Assembly (NCBI GenBank): GCA_951406725.2
Contig: OX597816.1
Coordinates: forward strand, 3,472,001 to 3,536,000
Direction: 5' to 3'
DNA from: Octopus vulgaris
Lineage: Eukaryota
DNA: 64,000 nucleotides
Positions 35,623 through 50,672 of the stretch are shown in pieces. The notes below the pieces were generated by a model that was given only the letters and a program-made list of their open reading frames with translations, made no database searches and was not told the origin of the DNA. Position 1 is the stretch's first letter. Every line of letters starts with the position of its first letter. The translations under genes were made by a program, and so were the position numbers.

Positions 35623-36518
35623 CGGCGAGCTGGCAGAAACGTTAGCGCGCCGGGCGAAATGCTTAGCAGTATTTCGTCTGCCGTTACGTTCTGAGTTCAA
35701 ATTCCGCCGAGGTCGACTTTGCCTTTCATCCTTTCGAGGTCGATTAAATTAAGTACCAGTTACGCACTGGGGTCGATGTAATCGACTTAATCCGTCTGTC
35801 TGTCCTTGTTTGTCTCCTCTATGTTTAGCCCCTTGTGGGTAATAAAGAAACATATATATAAACGATGTGCTCGGTAATTGGTTAATGCGCGGTTCACATT
35901 GGCTGCCGGTATATACGCTCGGCGAGCTTGCAGAAACGTTAGCGCGCCGGGCGAAATGTTTAGCGGTATTTCGTCTGCCGTTCCGTTCTGAGTTCAAATT
36001 CCGCCGAGGTCGACTGTGCCTTTCATCCTTTTGGGGTCGATTAAATAAGTACCAGTTACGCACTGGGGTCGGTGTAATCGACTTAATCCGTTTGTCTGTC
36101 CTTGTTCGTCCCCTCTGTGTTTAGCCCCTTGTGGGTAGTAAAGAAATAGGTATTTCGTCTGCCGTTACGTTCTGAGTTCAAACTCCGCCGAGGTCGACTT
36201 TGCCTTTCATCCTTTCGGGGTCGATTAAATAAGTACCAGTTATGCACTGGGGTCGATACAATCGACTTAATCCGTTTGTCCGTCCTTGTTTGTCCTCTCT
36301 GTGTTTAGCCCCTTGGTGGGTAGTAAAGAAATAGGTATTTCGTCTGCCGTTACGTTCTGAGTTCAAACTCCGCCGAGGTCGACTGTGCCTTTCATCCTTT
36401 CGGGGTCGATAAATTAAGTACCAGTTATGCACTGGGGTCGATGTAATCGACTTAATCCGTTTGTCTGTCCTTGTTTGTCCTCTCTGTGTTTAGCCCCTTG
36501 TGGGTAGTAAAGAAATAG
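35623..36518 (+). mobile_element. Tandem cluster of four SINE type B units
   Basis: Heads at ~35623 and ~35920, headless units at ~36149 and ~36334; flanking DNA is duplicated. Confidence 0.9.
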
Positions 36519-37268
36519 GTATATACGCTCGTCACGTTCGGCTGCAGAATTCGACGACTTCAAAAATCCACTTCCATCCCTGACACGCGCATCTCTCATG
36601 GATACACATGAACTGACTCACCAGTTGTAAATATCTTTTTTCAGTCGTTTCTCACAATGGCGACATTTTATATCAATGACGATAAATATTTTGTATTTAG
36701 AACTTTACGTAGAATTCCTTTTACCATCCTACAAAAATATAACTTCATTAAACACTCCTTATGCACACACACACATACATGTAACGACTAGATCAGTCTT
36801 GACTGAATATTTGATTTCCTCCCTTTATCGTTCTCCATCTTATTATATATTGAGTGCAACCATTTATCGGGTGTTTCTTTTTGATATATTTTATGATTCC
36901 TTTGTAATTTCTCCGGTGTATTTAAAATAAACTAATTCATTAAACTCTCTATTTTTTTCTACATTATTTCTAGAACGAATTTCTGTTATCCCACAGCATC
37001 TTGAAAAGCCTGCGTTGGCGAAACTATGAAGTTTCTGTCCACTTTTAATAAAGGAAAATTACCTCTATTTCGTGTATGGCTTTCTTTATTCAGATAATGC
37101 GTGTTTTTCGCATAAGACGTCAACAGCAACAACGACAACAACAATAATAATAATGGTGATGATAATAGCAATAATATTAATAATAATAATAACAGAAATA
37201 TAAACATAAGAGATACATAGATTGATAGATAGGAAGAAATAGACATAGAAAGCCAGACGGATAGATAA

Positions 37269-37385
37269 GTTTCTTTATTGGCCACACAGGGCTGCACACA
37301 GATGGGACAAATTACAAGGTAGAGCTTTTCTTTTGGGGGATGAAAAAAAAACAAAAAACAAAAAACAAGAGAAACAAAAAAAGCA
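37269..37385 (-). mobile_element. Tx1-type element extreme 3' end
   Basis: Reverse complement of 57215-57290; abuts gatagata. Confidence 0.8.
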
Positions 37386-38021
37386 GTTTTGTAGGCATGT
37401 GAGCAGGTATGCATGTCTGTCTGTCTGTCTGTCTGTTTGTCCAACTATCTATCTGCTTACATATCTGTCAATCTATCTGTCTGTCTGTCTGTCTGTCTAC
37501 CTCCCTACACAAAGATACAAAGGATTCAAATTATATTCAGTGTAAAAAGCAAAGTCAAAGCATAACGGACACACGTACACAGACATGCGGATGTTTATAA
37601 GTGTTATCGAAATTCCACCCGACCAGTAAAAGAATAACCCCCCCCACCATCACCACCGCCACCACGGCCGCCACCACCATCACTGACACCATTATATGAA
37701 TCCCTTGCTTACATTAGGTTCATATTTGTTATTCCGTGAGAAACAGATGGAACACTTTTCATTTTATGAGTAAGTTTTTGTTACTGATGTATTTCAAATG
37801 AATCAATTTAAAAGATTCTGAAATATGTTTAGATGTGAACTGAAGCAGTAATATCTTACTAAGCAGAATTCTGGGTTTATGGAAGAACGCCAAAGTAAAG
37901 ATACTGGCGTTACTCAAAAAACCCCCTTAAAATTGCTCTTTATTCGTTATAAATAGAAAATCCAATATGGAAGATATCGCTAAGTATTCAGACGTTTATA
38001 ATGTCAGTCGTAAGATCTACT

Positions 38022-38335
38022 AATCACCGTGATCACCGTGACCGACCAGTCCATCAGATGTAGTTACACATCGCTGGTCGCAATGCGCTTCGCATTGTTT
38101 TAGCCTTCGAATGACGCCACCCCGCTGGCTAAGCGAGCAGGTCAACAGAAGAAAGAGTGAGAGAAAGTTGTGGCGAAAGAGTACAGCAGGGATGGCCACC
38201 ACCCCCTGCCGGAGCCTTATGGAGATTTTGGTGTTTTCGCCCAATAAACACTCACAACGCCCAGTCTGGGAATCGAAACCGCGATCCTACGGCCGCGAGT
38301 CCGCTGCCCTCACTACTGGACCATTGCACCTCCAC
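38022..38335 (-). mobile_element. SINE type C, full length
   Basis: Homologous end to end with 9444-9741. Confidence 0.88.
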
Positions 38336-39142
38336 AAGATTTACTAATACAAAAATGTAAATGATTTTCTATTATAGATTTTGAAAGCATGTGTATGTTA
38401 CTGATATCTGATCAATTTGGGCATCGGTTTGTTTCTCCAAGGATTGTCTATAGTATATCCCGTTGCCATCTCTATATTAACTAATAGTAACAGAGCCAGT
38501 GTCATTCAGTAACCTACACTTTGTGTTTGTATGGGAGGTAATCCCACGAAAAAGAACTCGGAACAAAACAAAAACAGAAACAAATACCTGAAAAACAACA
38601 AATAAAACACACTGTACATACAAAAAGATTTAACTGTATACTGCAAGGAAGAAAGCGATTTGGTTTTTCTGTTGATGGTCCACTGTACGAAACGTCAAAC
38701 TCTCTCTATTTCTTTCTTATGGTGCAAAACTAAAATCTAGCATATATGTTAATCTCTCGTTAGTTCGAACATCCCGAGGCATAAATTAGTACCACAGAGA
38801 GATATAAAAGAAAAAGAAGTGGTAAAGTTAGTGAATCGAGTGGTTGGTAGTTCGAGTCCAGACAAGGAGTTCGCAAGTAAGGTACTTAACTCTCAACAGT
38901 CAAGGATCGTATAATTCACTACTGAAAGCATTGGCAGTGTCGTGGAATTGTCAGTCGTGATTGTTTGTTCCTTTGTTAAATTCCTCCCACAGGAAAAAAA
39001 ACGCCTGAGATAGGCTAGAGTTTTCTCCTTGAAACATTTGTTTCTCATCTGCCGAAGGTTAAGACCTCAGCGAGAAGAATCTGTCTGATAGTAAATATAT
39101 CGAAAAGGAACAGTGAACTGTTGATATCATTTGAATATATAT

Positions 39143-39361
39143 TTCTTTATTGCCCACAAGGATCTAAACACAGAGGGGACAAACAAGGACAGACAAACGG
39201 ATTAAGTCGATTACATCGACCCCAGTGCGCAACTGGTACTTAATTTATCGACCCTGAAAGGATGAAAGGCAAAGTAAACCTCGGCGGAATTTGAACTCAG
39301 AACGTAACGGCAGACGAAATACTGCTAAGCATTTCGCCCGGCGCGCTAACGTTTCTGCCAG
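39143..39361 (-). mobile_element. SINE type B
   Basis: Family match. Confidence 0.88.
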
Positions 39362-40121
39362 ACTGCAAAGGCATGAGCTTAAACCTATAACAGAGAGGAC
39401 AGATTTAAAAGTACTGTACAATGGCTGGGGGCGGGGAATTATGCAAATCCTGGTACTTCGAAGATTATCCCGAAACTCATTGCAGCGACTCATTCCCTTT
39501 CGGGGTCTAAGAGATAGACCCCAAATCATTTTTTAAAATCTCAATAGTTTAATTGCTGGTTAGAGACGATCTTGTTGATGCAGGGCCTTTATACTTTAAG
39601 TAATTTAGCTGTGGAACTGATGCTATGAAGACACTTAAAATGAGAGCAAGTGTCTTGTAAAGGCCCAGCATGTGTTGTTATTGTCTAAATTTTCTTATGA
39701 TCCAATCTATGATTCGCCTGCATGGAGGATCCACTTTAATGATATTCACATGAAACAAAATATCATCACTTATCAGAAATGCTCATGCAAGCGGGATATG
39801 GACAGTATTCTAGTTGTCTGCCATCATTCAGCGATATTCCGGAAAGAATGTTTTCTGGAAATTTGAGGTTGTTTGGATTGAATTCAACGAAATGAAAATA
39901 TTGGTATGTTGGTGCAGTTTGGTTAAGGCTGTTACCCGGTTGACACCATGAAAGGAAGCACCATTAAGTGTAACTCCATCATCATACAAAGTACTTGGAA
40001 AAGCTGTAACAGAATTGATGACACTGCTCCAGAATGGCCAGAGCCAGCTAATTTGTACCAATAAAAGAGTTAAAAAAGATGCAGAACATCCCAGAGAAAA
40101 GAAAAAAAAAACATTATATAT

Positions 40122-40346
40122 TTCTTTATTGCTCACAAGGGGCTATACATAGAGGGGGACAAACAAGGACAAACGGATTAAGTCGATAACATCGACCCCA
40201 TTGTGTAACTGGTACTTATCTAATCGACCCCGAAAGGATGAAAAGCAAAGTCGACCTCGGCGGAATTTGAATTCAGAACGTAACGACAGACGAAATACCG
40301 CTAAGCATTTCGCCCGGCGCGCTAATGTGTGTGCCAGCTCGCCGCT
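40122..40346 (-). mobile_element. SINE type B
   Basis: Family match. Confidence 0.88.
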
Positions 40347-40378
40347 TTCAACCCCCGCCCCAAAAAAAAACCCATTAT

Positions 40379-41330
<952 letters not shown>

Positions 41331-42078
41331 CAAACAATTAATCACCTACCCGGCTCTGTTGGCTGGTCGTGGTCGTTTGGTCGTGCAATTGGGAGGTATC
41401 CAGGTTTGAAACCCAAACCCCGACGGCCAATGTGGCAAATGGAATTCGTTTCGTAACTTGGAGTTTTAGATTCCGGCACCAATCAAAATAATAGACATTT
41501 CGACCCAAATTGTAAATCTGTGCTACTTCAGAAATAATCTTGAACGGAAATTGCTGACTGACTCTACGAAGGGCCACTAGATGGCCGAACGAGAATTCAT
41601 TAAAAACAAAATCACTAAACAAAATCGATAGTCCATGATTATTATCGATTAGAAATCAGCTATTTTTATCTGAACAAATGTCTTCGTGCATTTCTTATCT
41701 TTTCTTTTCTTTTCTTTATCCTGTCCTTCTTTATTTTCTATCTTTTATCAATAAAATGAATAAGGCCTTTAGGAGTGTCTGAGTATAGTGGCCATATTGC
41801 CGTGTATTTGTATTCACTGACAAATACACGAGATTTTGATTACTGTACAGGCAGACGGCACGCAAGATCCATCTATTATTTATGCATCTACACAAACCGC
41901 TTTAAACATTTTCCCTTCAGTGAAACGTTTTATGATTTATACTCGACAGGATGAATATAAATATATATATATACACAACTTCTTTTCGTTTTTGCTTTCC
42001 TTTCTCCACGTGTAATAGTTTGCCCAAAATTAAAATACCTCCACAAAAACATCAGTTAATTTGATGGTGGGAAGACAC

Positions 42079-42775
<697 letters not shown>

Positions 42776-44499
42776 CCACATCACCGCATGAAATAAAAGA
42801 AGCTAGAGGAGCTGGATTACACCTACGTGCGTCTTTTCAATTTATGGCAAAGCTTTGCATTTGCTTAGACACAAAATCAAAACGAATTTGAAAAAACAAA
42901 AAACAAAACGAAAAGAAAAACGAAAAGAAAAGAAAACTAAGACACTTGCATTCGACGTGTATCGTTATAAGTTCTTCTTTTCTGAAACCACAATAGCAAA
43001 AGAAATCGTTTTATTTAGCTTAATTTTTTTCCCGTTTTTTGAAAGCATTATGCAGATGAAAAAATCGTTTAGAAACACATCACGCTATTACTGACGAAAG
43101 TTTTCAGACAACTGAATAACTTCGCCCCGGGACACACGCAACGCAGAGATCAGAAGCAGAGGATTGTTACTTGGCAAACCAATGTTTCAAGTATCCGGGA
43201 CTAAACAATCACCTTCTGTCTCCTCCACAACCTATTCCATTGTTTCTTGGATTGAGGTTCTTGTAAATACTGGTCGGCCATATAATGTTCTTGGACATGT
43301 ACACAACTGAGTTTGTAATGCTTTTTAAGCTGGTTAGATTAGGTTAAATACGGTAGGTATTAGTTAAATAAACAGAATGACTTCAGTGTCGCTGCTATGA
43401 AATGGCTGTCTTTGAAGTTCAGCAGGAATTCGGAATGGCTGGATGGAGAAGTAGGAAGAGCAGAATTTGAATTAAACATTTTGAAGTATTTAGTTACAAT
43501 CTTCTTTATGGTAAATTTCACTCCCCCCGGGGCCAACACCAAGGCATGTGTACCGTAATCCAAGGGAAACCTGTTCGAGTGTCTCCTACGTATCGTGATA
43601 GTCAGGATAATAATTTCTACAACCGGGGAGGGGCGGTCTCTTAACAAGGATCAACATCCAATTTCGTAATTTTCCTCAAGAATTGTCACTTGTCGCTTCG
43701 ATGAGCTTCGATGCTCGCCGAATCTGGCCCTCAGGATCCATCCTGATCCACACGGCCACTGAAGAACAAATTTCAGACGTTTCATACTTTTACATACGTC
43801 TCTTAGTCCCTCCACATACAAGAGGGTTTATCGTGGATGGTTGAACCAAAGGGGGAAGAATCGACCCTGAAAAAGAAACCTCAATAATTAGAAAAATACT
43901 CGATATTTAAAAAATGGCAGAAAGACAAGAGCTCGCGCCGCCCTATACGTCTAGCTCACGCAACGGGTCCAAGTTCCCTTATCACGGAAAGATGACGTAC
44001 TTACCAGTGATATACTGGGGGTCGAGTCGATCAGCTCTGTCAACAATTAACTTGCACTTTTGTACTACTATGGGAATTTCGATAGTTTTATTAAAAATGA
44101 ATGCCAACATAATTTTGTTATTTGGATAACTCCCCCTCCTCCTCCTCCCCCTCCTCCTCCCCTTCCTCTTCCTCCACCACACTGCTCCACCCCGAACACA
44201 TACACACAAGCGCAGACACACACATACATCTCTAATGCGCGCCCACACATTGTTATATCTGAACTGAATTCATAGAATATATTATAGAACTGGATTACAA
44301 ACTGACGGATATCAAAAGATTGACTTCTACCACAGACATTATAAATTTACGACCAAACACCCGAGATTTAATATAGACAACATCGACGTTTTTGTTAAAT
44401 TGATGACTTCACTAGACTTCTGTAATGCAAACGATACATCCTCATCATAAACAACCTCTCCAAAATCGCCTTTCCAGCCATGGCACTTTAATAATAATA

Positions 44500-44770
44500 A
44501 CCGGCACTCTGTCGGTAGCGACGATGAGAGTTCTAGTTGATTCGATGGACGGAGCAGCTTGTTAATGAAATTAGCGTGCAAAACGGCTGAGTACTCCACA
44601 GATAGGAGTACTTTTTATGTAACCCTCAAGGAGATTCAGCAAGAGTGGCCATCTTTGAATTACAAGTACAACTCCTTGTCAGTTGAGTGGAATGGGGGAA
44701 ACGCGAAATACAGGGTTTTCCTCGAGAACACAATACACCAGCGGGTATCGAATGCCTCAACAATTAAGCT
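44500..44770 (-). mobile_element. Diverged SINE
   Basis: Similar to 18016-18190 (cactctgtcggtagcgacgatgagagttctagttgat). Confidence 0.6.
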
Positions 44771-44945
44771 ACGCCTCTTCACACCCGCAGTGACACCCCA
44801 TCAGTAAATCTCCACAATAAACACAAGACTTGGAAATAATCTTGTTCGCTTGTGTGGCTCGTGGGTGAAAAGGGATTCAATTTCATCAAAGTATTCTTCA
44901 TTTCAGTGAAACAGTTAACATTTTCATCAATACGCTAGGGAAATA

Positions 44946-45180
<235 letters not shown>

Positions 45181-45220
45181 TAACAACAACAACAACAGCA
45201 GCAACAACAACGACAACAAC

Positions 45221-45258
<38 letters not shown>

Positions 45259-45267
45259 TAATAATAA

Positions 45268-45823
45268 ATGCCCTGATGCAGTACCAGGCAGTGGCTCTTG
45301 TGGCTTCCGATCTTAACTGATTGCAAGTGATATCATGTACATTGTTTTGTCTTGGTATAAAAGATGGGCTACAGCAAATATTCTGCTCAATACCACAGAT
45401 TTGCTTGTCAGTTGTTTGATCTTAACCAGTTGAGTATGTTCCTTAGTGGCTGACGATATGTGCATCTCTCATCATGAGCAGAAGTAGTGGGGGAGCATCA
45501 TAGCCATGTGCTGAAAGGAATTCTTGGAGGTTTGGATACTTCACCTTTGGAAACATGGGTGTTTCGTTCAACATCCTTAAACAACCCTTATTCAGGGACC
45601 TTTTGAGTGGGATGGGCTACTCGACCTGAAGAAAATTCTAACTGGGCCCCACCTGCAAGGTCATGCTCTGTTTATCTTGATATGACATCACCATGTCGCG
45701 CACGTACGGTTGTGATGCATGTGCCTGGTGTACCCTTATCAGACGGGTAGTCATGATGGGTATACTGGGCTTCGTATATATTACTCCAGGGTCTCTTTGA
45801 TGGCATGCAATGCTCTCTCACTC
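45268..45823 (+). mobile_element. (TAA)n-associated non-coding retroelement, longest copy
   Basis: (TAA)n on both sides; no recognisable ORF; three copies in the window share the 3' end. Confidence 0.8.
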
Positions 45824-45832
45824 AATAATAAT

Positions 45833-47297
45833 CCTGACATCCTTTTCAGTTCATACCGTTTCTTTTTTTGTGTTGTTTTCCTCTTCAAAATTCTCTTTAC
45901 ACAATTATCAAGTTTGATGATGCCCAACTTTTTCACATATTTCCGCAACGGTTCTACGGCAACGTTTACATCCCACACTAAGCTGTTTTCCCCTTCTTCA
46001 TCAGAATCCTGGCAACTGTTCAACCCTCTCCCATCCCTTCTTTTGGACAAGTACAACCTATCAGTATCACTCTTGGGACTAAATGCTCCCTACACTCTCA
46101 ACAGTGTCCGTGTTTTCCTATCCATATTCATCAGTTCTTTCTTTTGCCAGTTTATGATTCCAGCCACAAATCGAAGTGATGCTATCGCCCCTGTATTTAC
46201 TGATTGGATTTTATTCCACCCTCTCAATTTTGATTGCAACACCAACCTTAGTCTTCGGAAATATTCTTTCCTCAGTTGTTCTTCCATTTCCTTCTCCATG
46301 ATTTCATTGAACTCTAGTATGCCAAGGTACTCATAGCCTTTCTTTTCAATTTGTTTCATTACTTTTCCCATTTGGTAATTCTATCCCTGCCAGGGACCCT
46401 ACCTTGCTTTTTTTTCAGGCTCATTATATCACATTTCTTGAGTTAAAATTCCATCTTAACATCAGCGCAAAAACAGTGAACCGTGTTCACCAAGGAAATC
46501 ACTGAGGAAAAAAGTGTACGGTCAGTTTGCAAGAGATACGAACCTCAAAACAGATATGGAAGGCCTGTGATTATGAATGCGGATTTGTGACCTAAAGATA
46601 GAAACAGAAGCACTTATATGCGCAGCACAAGAACAAGCATTGAGGAAAACTATGTGAAGTGCAGAATTGATGATACAAGTGAAAAATGTGTGGTGTGAGG
46701 GGAGAAACAGCGTGGCCCATGGTTAGTGAATGTCCGAAATGACCACAACACGAATACAAAAAACGACGTGTAACAAGAATGATCCATTGGGAACTTTGTG
46801 GAAATTATGGCCAAGAAAGATCAAAGCCCAAATCTCTGAGGGAGTTCCCGAGAATGAAGACTACAAAATACTGCTGGATGCAATTATTCAGTGTGGCCAT
46901 CAGATCAGACATCTGGAACCGGATATTGTTGTGGTGAACAGAAAAGAAAAAAAACAAAAACATGCCTGTTAATCGACATAGCATGACCCAGTGACAAGAT
47001 TGAAGAGAAAAAGAAGAAAAACTAAACCACTATGACAATTTGAAGTGGGAAATAGGAAAGGATGTGAGCAATGAGGAGGGTAGACGTGATACCCGTAGAA
47101 ATTGGTACGCTTGGAAGTATCAGCACTCAACTGGTACAAATGTAAAAATAGAACAATGACAAAAATTATCATTGCCTAGAAGTGCAAGGTCTCTCCGCAG
47201 GGTTCTTGAAGCATGACAAAGTGTCACCTTAGTCTGTTGGATGTGGGCAGCTGACACCTTCCACCATACCCAGCAAAATAAGCTGCTTTCTCATCAA
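45833..47297 (+). mobile_element. R4/Dong LINE 3' portion with 5' inversion (45833-46502 inverted)
   Basis: Minus part: GYEYLGILE...KEYFRRLRLVLQSKL...YLSKRRDGRGL. Plus part: VYGQF, ETEALICAAQEQAL, PDIVVV. Ends in (TAA)n. Confidence 0.85.
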
Positions 47298-47375
<78 letters not shown>

Positions 47376-47376
<1 letters not shown>

Positions 47377-47783
47377 TCAGTTGTTTGACCTTAATCAATT
47401 GAGCATGTCCCTTAGTGGCTGACGATATGTGCATCTCTGATCACGAGCAGAAGTAGTGGGGGAGCATCATAGCCATGTGTTGAGAGGGATTCTTTGGGGT
47501 TTGAATAATTCACCTCTGGTGGTTCTTTCAACATCCTTAAACAACCCTTATTCAGGGACCTTTTGAGCGGGATGGGCTACTCAACCTGAAGAAAATTCTA
47601 ACTGGGCCCCACCTGCAAGGTCATGTGCTGTTTATCTTGATATGAGATCACCATGTCGCGCACATATGGTTGTGATGCATGTGCCTGGTGTACCTTTATC
47701 AGACGGGTAGTCATGATGGGTATACTGGGCTTCGTATATTTTACCCCAGTGTCACTTTGATGGCATGAACTGCTCTCTCACTC
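47376..47783 (+). mobile_element. (TAA)n-associated non-coding retroelement, 5'-truncated
   Basis: Homologous to 45407-45823; (TAA)n on both sides. Confidence 0.85.
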
Positions 47784-47832
47784 AATAATAATAATGATAA
47801 TAATAATAATAATAATGATAATAATAATAATA

Positions 47833-47889
<57 letters not shown>

Positions 47890-48319
47890 GTTTCTAATAA
47901 ATGCACAAAGCCTGAAATTTAGGGAGGAGTTCAGTGGATTATATTAAGGGCCGAGGGATGAAAGACAAAGTTGACCTGGCGGGAATTGAACTCAGAACGT
48001 AAAATGCCGAAAGAAATTCCATCAAGGTTGTTAGAATAAGTACCAGTAACATAGTGAGGGTTGATCAGTTTTGTTTTTCGGATTGTTGCAAACGCATTCA
48101 CAGATGAAACCTTACACACACAGATCCAGACGCATGCACACACGCACACGCACACACACACACACGCACACACACACACACATACACTCACAGTCACACA
48201 TACATATAACTCCACACACACACACACACTCGCGCATACACGCTTCCTTACACACTGTATTATATCTGAGCATGGTTTCTTGATTGATCTTCAGAGAAGA
48301 CCCACTCCCACCTCCAAAG

Positions 48320-48515
48320 CCGGCAGAATCGTTAGAGCGCCGGAAAAAATTGCTTTGTGGCATTTTACATTTTGAGTTCAAATCCCGCTGAGGTCAGCTT
48401 TGCCTTTCATCCTTTTCGGGGTCGATAAATTAAAGTATCAGTCGTGTATCGGTGTCGATGTAATCGATCAAGCTCTCCCCTCAGAATTATTAACCTTATG
48501 CCTAAATTAGAAACA
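48320..48515 (+). mobile_element. SINE type B, diverged
   Basis: gagttcaaatcccgctgaggtcagctttgcctttcatcc. Confidence 0.75.
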
Positions 48516-48589
48516 ATGCCTGGCGATGGTCATATATGGAATAGCAGGACAAAAAGTGAAGAAACTGTTTACTATTGATTATCCTAGAA

Positions 48590-48940
48590 TACATTGAGGA
48601 CCATAGATTATCACAGATTACCACAGAGGACAATGGATTATCGTAGACTACCAGAGATTCATAAAGTTCCATAGATTACAGAAGAGTACCATAAATTGCA
48701 AAAGAGTACCTTGTAGCACCGTATGTAATGACGGAGTACATTGAGGACCATAGATTATCACAGAGGACAATGGATTATCGTAGACTACCAGAGATTCATA
48801 AAGTACTGTAGGCTTACATAGTACCATAGGTTACAGAAGAGTACCATAAATTGCAAAAGAGTATCTTGTAGCACCGTATGTAACGACAAAGTACCATAGG
48901 CCATAAATTTCCGTAAGTTACATAGATTACCAAAAAGTAC
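48590..48940. repeat. Degenerate minisatellite (taccatagatta-like unit) with ~150-bp higher-order duplication
   Basis: acattgaggaccatagattatcacaga recurs at ~48591 and ~48739. Confidence 0.7.
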
Positions 48941-49399
48941 TATAAGCACACACACACAGATACATACACACACACACACACACACATAGATACATACACA
49001 CACACTCATGCACACACATGTGCACACACTCATGCACACACACACATGTTGTTAAGTTAATGTCTTTACTGTATTTCTGTGGCAACAGTGATTCATAAGA
49101 TCCGCAACATGAAATTCTCCGGAAGCAATCAATATTTAGCTTCGATAATATTTATAAATAGACGCACATTTCTTAAGATGGTGGCCGGAAAGCAATAAGC
49201 ACAATCTCATGGGGTTTGTATATTGTCGGCTGAGTGTAGATGGCAGCTATATTAGGATATATATTTTATTGATCCACTGGAGAGATGAATGATCAAGTCA
49301 CCGTCAGTGGGATTTGAACCTCAGAATAAAAAGGCGTGAAACAAGAGGCTGTTTCACATCCTCCTGACGTAGCACTCTTTGTCTGACCATTTTAATTAT

Positions 49400-49930
49400 A
49401 ATCTTAGATAATGTTAGATATGTTTCAACCAAAGATTGGTCCAGGCCATGTCTAACTTAATAGCACCACCTGATAGGATTATCTAAATCCTTTTTAAGTC
49501 AAGTTTTGTTTATGGCCCATTCAAGTAGTGAGTTCTTGTTCAGTGAGTTGTATCCAGGTATGGGTGGCTTATCCAGTATTCCTTGAAGAAATCTATCCAG
49601 ACACCGTTTAAAGGTGATGGTGTCTTTTTTCTCTTTGATCTCTTTCGGGACAATGTTAAATGGGGCAGGGCCTGTTGAAGAAAAGAAATTATGTTGCAGT
49701 GTACCTATATGCTGTGATCCTGAATTGGGCAGGGGACGTATGGCCCGTGGTCCCAGCCTTGGATGAACCTTGAAACTAAATGTTCAGGTCGTTTGGGCAA
49801 AGTTGGCGGTATATTCTCCACATCGTACAAATGATGTACCACTCGCGGCGGCGCTGGAGAGAGTAGAGTTTCAAGGCTTTAAGGCGGTCCCAATAATCGA
49901 GAGCAGCCTTGCCTTCAATTCTTTTAGTGA
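49400..49930 (-). mobile_element. CR1/L2-group LINE 3' end (second family)
   Basis: Minus strand DYWDRLKALKLYSLQRRRE...HPRLG...GPAPFNIVPK...FKRCLDRFL...NSLLEW. Confidence 0.8.
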
Positions 49931-50129
49931 GTGCCCTCTGGGGGGATTCAATTTATGTAAAATTGACAAACGAGAAGTTAAGTCGGCATAGATGGGATTT
50001 GAAATATGGAGCTGACGGTTCAGGACTTGTTTCTTGTAAGATTAAATAGAAAGATTTATGAAGGAACCACACCGGGACAAACACACCAGGAACACATCTT
50101 ATTTTAGGATTAGTTTTGCCATGAACCCT

Positions 50130-50362
50130 ACGACCTATAAGACCGGAGTTCCATTCAGTTTCCCTGACGTACCCCTTGGATGGGAGGTCAGTCCTTCGCA
50201 GGGTTAACTTCCCAGCATTTGCTGGAAGACATAGCTGAGTGGACTGGAGCAACGTCATAAAATGAAGTGTTTGGCTCAGGAACAGAACACAATTCCTGGT
50301 CTGGGAATCGAAACCACGATCGTAAGATCGCGAATGCAACATACTAATCATTAGGCCACTCA
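50130..50362 (-). mobile_element. SINE with tRNA head + CORE-like + Meta-like domain
   Basis: Minus: gtggcctaatgattag...ggtttcgattccca...gttgctccagtccactcagc...ccctgcgaaggactgacctcccatccaagggg. Confidence 0.65.
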
Positions 50363-50399
50363 CTGTTATGTGTATGTGGCTGTACATCTATATGACTGT

Positions 50400-50439
<40 letters not shown>

Positions 50440-50585
50440 GGCACACACACACGCACATACACACAGGCACACACACAGATACACACAGACACACAAACGC
50501 ACACATACACCCCGCTACACACAAATGCACTCCTACCCCCAAGCAAACACAAACACACACACACACACACATATATATATGTATA

Positions 50586-50672
<87 letters not shown>

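Noticed and set aside
35623-36518. Regularly repeated units resembling a CRISPR or satellite array
   Set aside because: The units are ~185-230-bp SINE bodies without unique spacers; eukaryotic context, no cas genes.
39360-40110. Non-repetitive segment with short ORFs (e.g. YDPIYDSPAW)
   Set aside because: Could be a decayed transposon or exon, but no family could be supported.
41351-41615. Possible minus-strand exon (ttttgtttag...CGG/gtaggt) and a CTCF-like ccactagatggc motif
   Set aside because: No recognisable protein similarity; short motifs could be chance; needs RNA-seq or ChIP.
45445-45510. CTGACGA motif in the TAA-associated element as a possible hammerhead
   Set aside because: No properly placed GAAA or stem III.
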